The translations under genes and the position numbers were made by a program. A DNA stretch of 64,000 bases from an uncultured Candidatus Saccharibacteria bacterium. Its GTDB lineage: Bacteria; Patescibacteriota; Saccharimonadia; Saccharimonadales; UBA10212. Under the pieces are notes generated by a model. The model made no database searches, was not told the origin of the DNA, and saw nothing but the letters and a program-made list of their open reading frames with translations. Below are positions 59,989-64,000 of this stretch, piece after piece. Numbering within the stretch: the first letter of the stretch is position 1; each line of letters opens with the position of its first letter. Where the stretch lies: contig CAZMNA010000001.1 in the NCBI GenBank assembly GCA_964567555.1, positions 88,911-152,910 of the forward strand, written 5' to 3'.

Positions 59989-60717
59989 TTAATTAGACGA
60001 GCTGGTAGGTAGCTCTTGTGAGTCACGCATTCGTGAAACACTATGCACACGGGAAAGTAAAGCAAAAGCTATCTGCCACTCCCCCGCCTTTTTTATTTTA
60101 TCCAGTTGGGCCAGTTCGGCGAGTCTATCGTTTTCTATATGAGGTGCTATTTGAGCAGCTGCTAACGCTAACTCCTGCATGGCATGCCTAACAGTATTGG
60201 CTGCACTGCGGGCTTCAAAGCTCGGACCTTCATCCTCAGCCCCTATGTCTAAAGTAAAAGATTCGCTCCGCTTACCCCGCCCAGTTCTCCGAGCTACTGT
60301 GGCTTTTCTGGTGCGGTCAATAGAATAGTTTTCATCCACAGGCAGGCTTATGCCATAAACCGGCTCCCCATCTTCAAGAGCGTGTAAATGAATTATGGAT
60401 GGTGCGGGTTCAACCGCCACATTCGGTGGTAGTTCCCGCTGTTCTTTAGTTAGCGGCCTAGTGTTAATGCTCGCTTCAAGCCTATAGCCAGAGCTGCTCC
60501 CGGAGTTTTGATAAATTACATCAAATGGCTGTTCGGGCTTACCGTGCATTTTTATAAGCTGGGCAGCCAGCCATGCAAAATCATTTCGCTCTACATAATC
60601 AAAAAAGCCAGCGCTGGTAAGGGCTTCCGGTTCTTTTGCTGTACGCTCATTAATTAACTCAATTACCCCTTCTTGGGTCAGTTCGGGGCGAGTTGTTGAA
60701 GCTTCTGCGTATGCCAT
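59989..60717 (-). CDS. hypothetical protein (orphan, 242 aa)
   Basis: ATG 60717 downstream of TTGCAT-17-TATACT. The track start 60777 is an extension. Soluble. Confidence 0.55.
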   Translation of the reverse strand: MAYAEASTTRPELTQEGVIELINERTAKEPEALTSAGFFDYVERNDFAWLAAQLIKMHGKPEQPFDVIYQNSGSSSGYRLEASINTRPLTKEQRELPPNVAVEPAPSIIHLHALEDGEPVYGISLPVDENYSIDRTRKATVARRTGRGKRSESFTLDIGAEDEGPSFEARSAANTVRHAMQELALAAAQIAPHIENDRLAELAQLDKIKKAGEWQIAFALLSRVHSVSRMRDSQELPTSSSN

Positions 60718-60777
60718 TTGTAGTTTGCGCTTGGGCAAATTGAGATTCAGTATATTTATAAAACCTACCGGATGCAA

Positions 60778-61773
60778 CTAATTTTTGGTTTGGCCTCGGC
60801 CGGCAACAGCCTCTTTGTTGTGGTAATCGTTAAAATCTATCGCCGGGGGCTTGCCGATAATTTCACCCAAGACATCCTCCAGGCCAACCGCACCAGCGAT
60901 TTCTTCAAAGTTATTTACCACTATCAACAGGTGCGCTTTGGTCTTAGTGAATGCATCCAGGCAAGTGTGCAGATCATCTTCCTCGTTAATATAATAAACG
61001 CCCTTGCGCATAGCACCCGACACCGGGCCTTCTTTATCCAGGCCGGTGATATCAGAGAGTAACAGCGTACCGATAATCTCTGGCTCAATGTTCTTCTTGA
61101 TTTGCTTGACTACGGGAAAGCGCGTCTGCTTGGTCTTGTGTAGTTCGTCCATCAGCGTCGGGCCAACAATCTCATCGGCCAGCACAAAATGAATTTTCTT
61201 GCGCGGTGTCATCACCTCCGCCACTTTTTTGTCACCGAAAGTCAGCGCGCCAAAAGCCATTTTAAGTTCATCCTCCGGCACGCGGCTGTCCACCTGGTGG
61301 TTTTGGACGTTTAGCAAATCCAATAAATCTTCTTTGTCATAAAGGCCGGTGTGGACATCGCCGGCGCCGGCCGGCAAAATTTTGGTCAGTGGGTCAAGCA
61401 CCGGCTGGCAAAAGTTGACCATTTTAAAAACCACCGGGCTCATGTACGCCGCAAGAGTCCACGCCCAACCGCTGTCCTTGGGCTTTGGCGCAAAAAACAT
61501 TATCCAGCCTAAGACGATAATTAAAAGGGCCGCTAGCCACCAGCCCCAGCGGGCCGCGGCGATTAATAAAAAAGTAATCTCTGCCGTGCAGATTGCCCAC
61601 AGAAAAACGTCTAAGGTCGAGCCAAGCGCAGTTGCCTTGAAAAGCCTTTTGTCGTTAGTCCTGCCGGTGCGAGCGCGACGCCTGAGTTCAGCAAGCGGCA
61701 AGCGGTGGTAGGCCCGGTACAAAAATATGCCTACTGCCAAGTCCAGCAAAATAAGGACAAACACAAGCTTCAT
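60778..61773 (-). CDS. CNNM/DUF21-CBS domain membrane protein (hemolysin-like)
   Basis: N-terminal TM bundle followed by a CBS pair (VAEVMTPRKKIHFV...HLLIVVNNFEEIAGAVGLEDVL). Confidence 0.8.
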   Translation of the reverse strand: MKLVFVLILLDLAVGIFLYRAYHRLPLAELRRRARTGRTNDKRLFKATALGSTLDVFLWAICTAEITFLLIAAARWGWWLAALLIIVLGWIMFFAPKPKDSGWAWTLAAYMSPVVFKMVNFCQPVLDPLTKILPAGAGDVHTGLYDKEDLLDLLNVQNHQVDSRVPEDELKMAFGALTFGDKKVAEVMTPRKKIHFVLADEIVGPTLMDELHKTKQTRFPVVKQIKKNIEPEIIGTLLLSDITGLDKEGPVSGAMRKGVYYINEEDDLHTCLDAFTKTKAHLLIVVNNFEEIAGAVGLEDVLGEIIGKPPAIDFNDYHNKEAVAGRGQTKN

Positions 61774-61874
61774 CTTCTTTAGATTAGCACAACTAAGGAG
61801 GGATTTTTGCCTTTACAAAAAATTGTCATCAAGGTATTTTAAAAAGCTGTATTTAGAAATTCAAGAGGAGAAAG

Positions 61875-62288
61875 ATGAGCGAACCCAAACCTAAAGATAT
61901 TCCAAAAAAAACCGAGAACCTCGTAATAACCTGCAGCGACCACCGCTTTCAGCGAATGATGTCAAAGCTTTTGCGCCAAGATCACCAAGTTGATATTGAG
62001 CGATCGGACCGCCTTGCGATCCCGGGCGCTTCTCAGTCTGTCGTAGAAGATGGGGCGCTGATCCGATACATACAGACACTTCATAAGCTACATGACTTTG
62101 AGAACGTTTTAATAATTGACCACGAGGAGTGCGGAGCATTCCCTGCCTATGACGACGAGCAGCAAGAATACCAGGCCCATTTTGATTCACTTAGCAAGGC
62201 AGCTGCAGGGATTCACCAAGTTTTGCCTAAGGTGGTCGTAGTTAAGTTTATAGCAACTCTGGACGGCGAATTAATACAAGCTTCTTAG
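61875..62288 (+). CDS. hypothetical protein with beta-carbonic-anhydrase-like Cys/His/Cys pattern
   Basis: ITCSDHRF and IIDHEECGAF resemble the CxDxR and HxxCG zinc motifs. SD GAGGAG. Assignment is tentative. Confidence 0.35.
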   Translation: MSEPKPKDIPKKTENLVITCSDHRFQRMMSKLLRQDHQVDIERSDRLAIPGASQSVVEDGALIRYIQTLHKLHDFENVLIIDHEECGAFPAYDDEQQEYQAHFDSLSKAAAGIHQVLPKVVVVKFIATLDGELIQAS

Positions 62289-62355
62289 GCATAGTTTGGG
62301 CTAGCGATTAAATAGCGTGCTAGACTATTAGATAGAAATATGGGGAGACTACTTT

Positions 62356-63021
62356 ATGGATAAGCGTTTTTTGGCAATTTTAGGTGCGCTAATTATTCTA
62401 TTTATTGGCATTTTTGCCATAAGTTCGCACAAAAATAACCCACCTTCGACCAGCTCCGGCCAGCCAAGCAACCACGTGGAAGGCGAAGGCTCAACCGGCG
62501 TCAAGCTGGTAGAGTACGGCGATTATGAGTGCCCGGTTTGTGCTGACTATTACCCAGCGGTCAAGCAAGCGGCCGCCCAGTTTAACGCTCAGATTTACTA
62601 CCAATTCCGCAACCTGCCCTTAATCCAGATTCACCAAAATGCGTTTGCCGGTGCCCGGGCGGCCGAGGCCGCTAGCCTGCAGGGCAAGTTTTGGCAGATG
62701 CACGACGCGCTTTATGTTAACCAAAGCCAGTGGTCCACCAGCTCCAACCCGTTGACCTTTTTTGACTCATACGCCAAAAGTCTTGACTTAAATATGAGCA
62801 AATTTAACAGTGATTATTCCGGCGACACGGCCAACAATTCGATTAACGCTGATCTGGCGGCCTTTAACAAGACTGGTCAGCCTGAAGCCACGCCGACTTT
62901 CTTTTTGGACGGCAAATATGTTCCAAACCAACAGCTGATTGACTCATCTACCGGTTCGCCCAGCGTTGCTAAATTCGCCTCTGTCATTAACGCCGAGATC
63001 GCTACCAAAACTAAGAAATAA
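62356..63021 (+). CDS. DsbA-family thiol:disulfide oxidoreductase
   Basis: N-terminal TM and the CPVC active site in LVEYGDYECPVCADYYP. Confidence 0.85.
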   Translation: MDKRFLAILGALIILFIGIFAISSHKNNPPSTSSGQPSNHVEGEGSTGVKLVEYGDYECPVCADYYPAVKQAAAQFNAQIYYQFRNLPLIQIHQNAFAGARAAEAASLQGKFWQMHDALYVNQSQWSTSSNPLTFFDSYAKSLDLNMSKFNSDYSGDTANNSINADLAAFNKTGQPEATPTFFLDGKYVPNQQLIDSSTGSPSVAKFASVINAEIATKTKK

Positions 63022-63228
63022 AGGTTCAGTAGACCATGAACTGCTGCCATAGCGGCTTATTGACGCGTACGTCTATGCGCACTGTCCGCGACGGCATTTT
63101 GATAACTTTAATACCCAACTGATACCACCTTTTGTTTAGAGTTTTTGTTTGATAGAGCGCACACTCACGCCGCCCATCAGTACGCTTGATTTTATAGCCA
63201 AGGCTGGCTCGGTGTCAAATAATCCTTA

Positions 63229-63245
63229 AGCTTATTGAATAAGCT
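63229..63245. promoter_or_regulatory. 8-1-8 palindrome, candidate metalloregulator operator
   Basis: AGCTTATT-G-AATAAGCT. Lies 27 nt upstream of the NRAMP ATG and overlaps the -35 region of a TAAGAT -10 (63258-63263). Confidence 0.45.
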
Positions 63246-63271
63246 ATCTGTTAGCTGTAAGATTATGTTTA

Positions 63272-64000
63272 ATGGAGCGAGACAAAAAGACAGGCGCGAA
63301 CCGCGTTGAAGAGTTCGCCGGAGCGCCAGCCAAAGCGCTGGACGCTACCTTGCAAAAGACCGGCGAGATGGCCCATCGTCTGCCAAACTCTAAGGCTGCC
63401 CAGCGGACAAGGGTTTATTGGAACACGCTTGGGCCGGGTCTTACTACCGGCGCAGCCGATGATGACCCGTCAGGCATTGCGACTTATTCGCAAACCGGCG
63501 CTCAGTATGGTTTCCAGTTGCTTTGGCTGAGTGCCCTGACCTTCCCTCTGATGGCGATAGTGCAGGAGATGTGTGCCCGCATTGGTATCGTCACCGGCCG
63601 CGGGCTAGCCGGTAATATCCGGGCCCATTTTTCCCGTAAGGTTCTTTATTTTGTAACGCTGTTTTTGTTTGCGGCTAACGCTTTTAACATCGGTGCTGAT
63701 CTTGGTGCGATGGCCAAAGGCGTCCAGCTGCTGGATAAGGGCTTAAGCTTTGGGCTAATCGTAATTAGTTTTACCGTCCTTTGTTCGCTACTCCAGATAT
63801 TTTTGCCTTATGGGCGTTACGCTCATTATCTTAAGTGGCTGGCTTTGATATTGCTGGCTTATGTGGCCAGTGCTATTTTGGCGCACCTTAATTGGAGCAA
63901 AGTGGCACATCATGCCTTTATACCGAGTATCCGCTTTACTAAAGACCAGCTGCTACTTATCTGCGCTATTTTAGGCACGACGATTTCACCGTATTTGTTC
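63272..64000 (+). CDS. NRAMP-family divalent metal transporter, 3'-partial (absent from the ORF track)
   Basis: Hand-translated frame with no stop to the window end. GPGLTTGAADDDPSGIATYSQTGAQYGFQLLWL and MAIVQEMCARIGIVTGRGLA are NRAMP/MntH signatures. Confidence 0.85.
   Translation, partial: MERDKKTGANRVEEFAGAPAKALDATLQKTGEMAHRLPNSKAAQRTRVYWNTLGPGLTTGAADDDPSGIATYSQTGAQYGFQLLWLSALTFPLMAIVQEMCARIGIVTGRGLAGNIRAHFSRKVLYFVTLFLFAANAFNIGADLGAMAKGVQLLDKGLSFGLIVISFTVLCSLLQIFLPYGRYAHYLKWLALILLAYVASAILAHLNWSKVAHHAFIPSIRFTKDQLLLICAILGTTISPYLF

Noticed and set aside
1-64000. Searched by eye for CRISPR arrays, rRNA, IS elements, integrases, recombinases and prophage genes
   Set aside because: I found no regularly spaced repeats, no rRNA signatures and no ORF with transposase or integrase motifs. 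The insertion footprints reported above therefore have no visible cognate enzyme in this window.

Overview
Gene-dense chromosomal window of a small-genome bacterium: about 95 protein-coding ORFs and 4 tRNAs. I found no rRNA, CRISPR array, transposase or integrase. Compact housekeeping proteins (HrcA 234 aa, AspRS 462 aa, ComEC 475 aa), sortase/MurJ/Mur-ligase envelope genes and many leaderless-looking starts suggest, by inference only, a Patescibacteria/CPR (Saccharibacteria-like) organism. Recognisable content: gdh, an RRM RNA-binding protein, an ECF-like sigma factor, a sortase, and a long minus-strand operon (comEC-yebC-S51 peptidase-IMPase-ruvC-ruvA-orphan-dus). Also rimK plus its protease partner, hrcA/grpE/dnaK/dnaJ, lepA, murJ, two ABC exporters, a Mur ligase, AlkA, MazG, TsaC, VKOR and DsbA, thiE, a Fic protein, aspS and an NRAMP transporter that runs off the 3' end. 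About 22 soluble orphan ORFs with no family I recognise are wedged inside or between housekeeping operons. The best candidate for an undescribed system is the heat-shock operon (22468-29541). hrcA-grpE-dnaK-dnaJ sits behind a twin-CIRCE promoter and is expanded to about 13 translationally coupled ORFs by eight orphan proteins plus cutA, and some orphans are flanked by 9-nt junction duplications. Other notable signals follow. A 27-bp perfect direct repeat of the gdh 3' end brackets a one-gene cassette. A 21-nt duplication of the initiator-tRNA 3' end encloses a structured GC-rich 190-nt spacer. A promoter-like element of about 24-40 nt is shared by four unrelated orphan genes 49 kb apart. Two tandem guanylate-kinase-like paralogues occur, one with a K->R Walker A. 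A class-II Fic has ATGTAnC repeats upstream. Several unannotated micro-ORFs include a WGSP(I/V)GLG paralogue pair. All functional ideas for the orphans are inference; I could run no searches.
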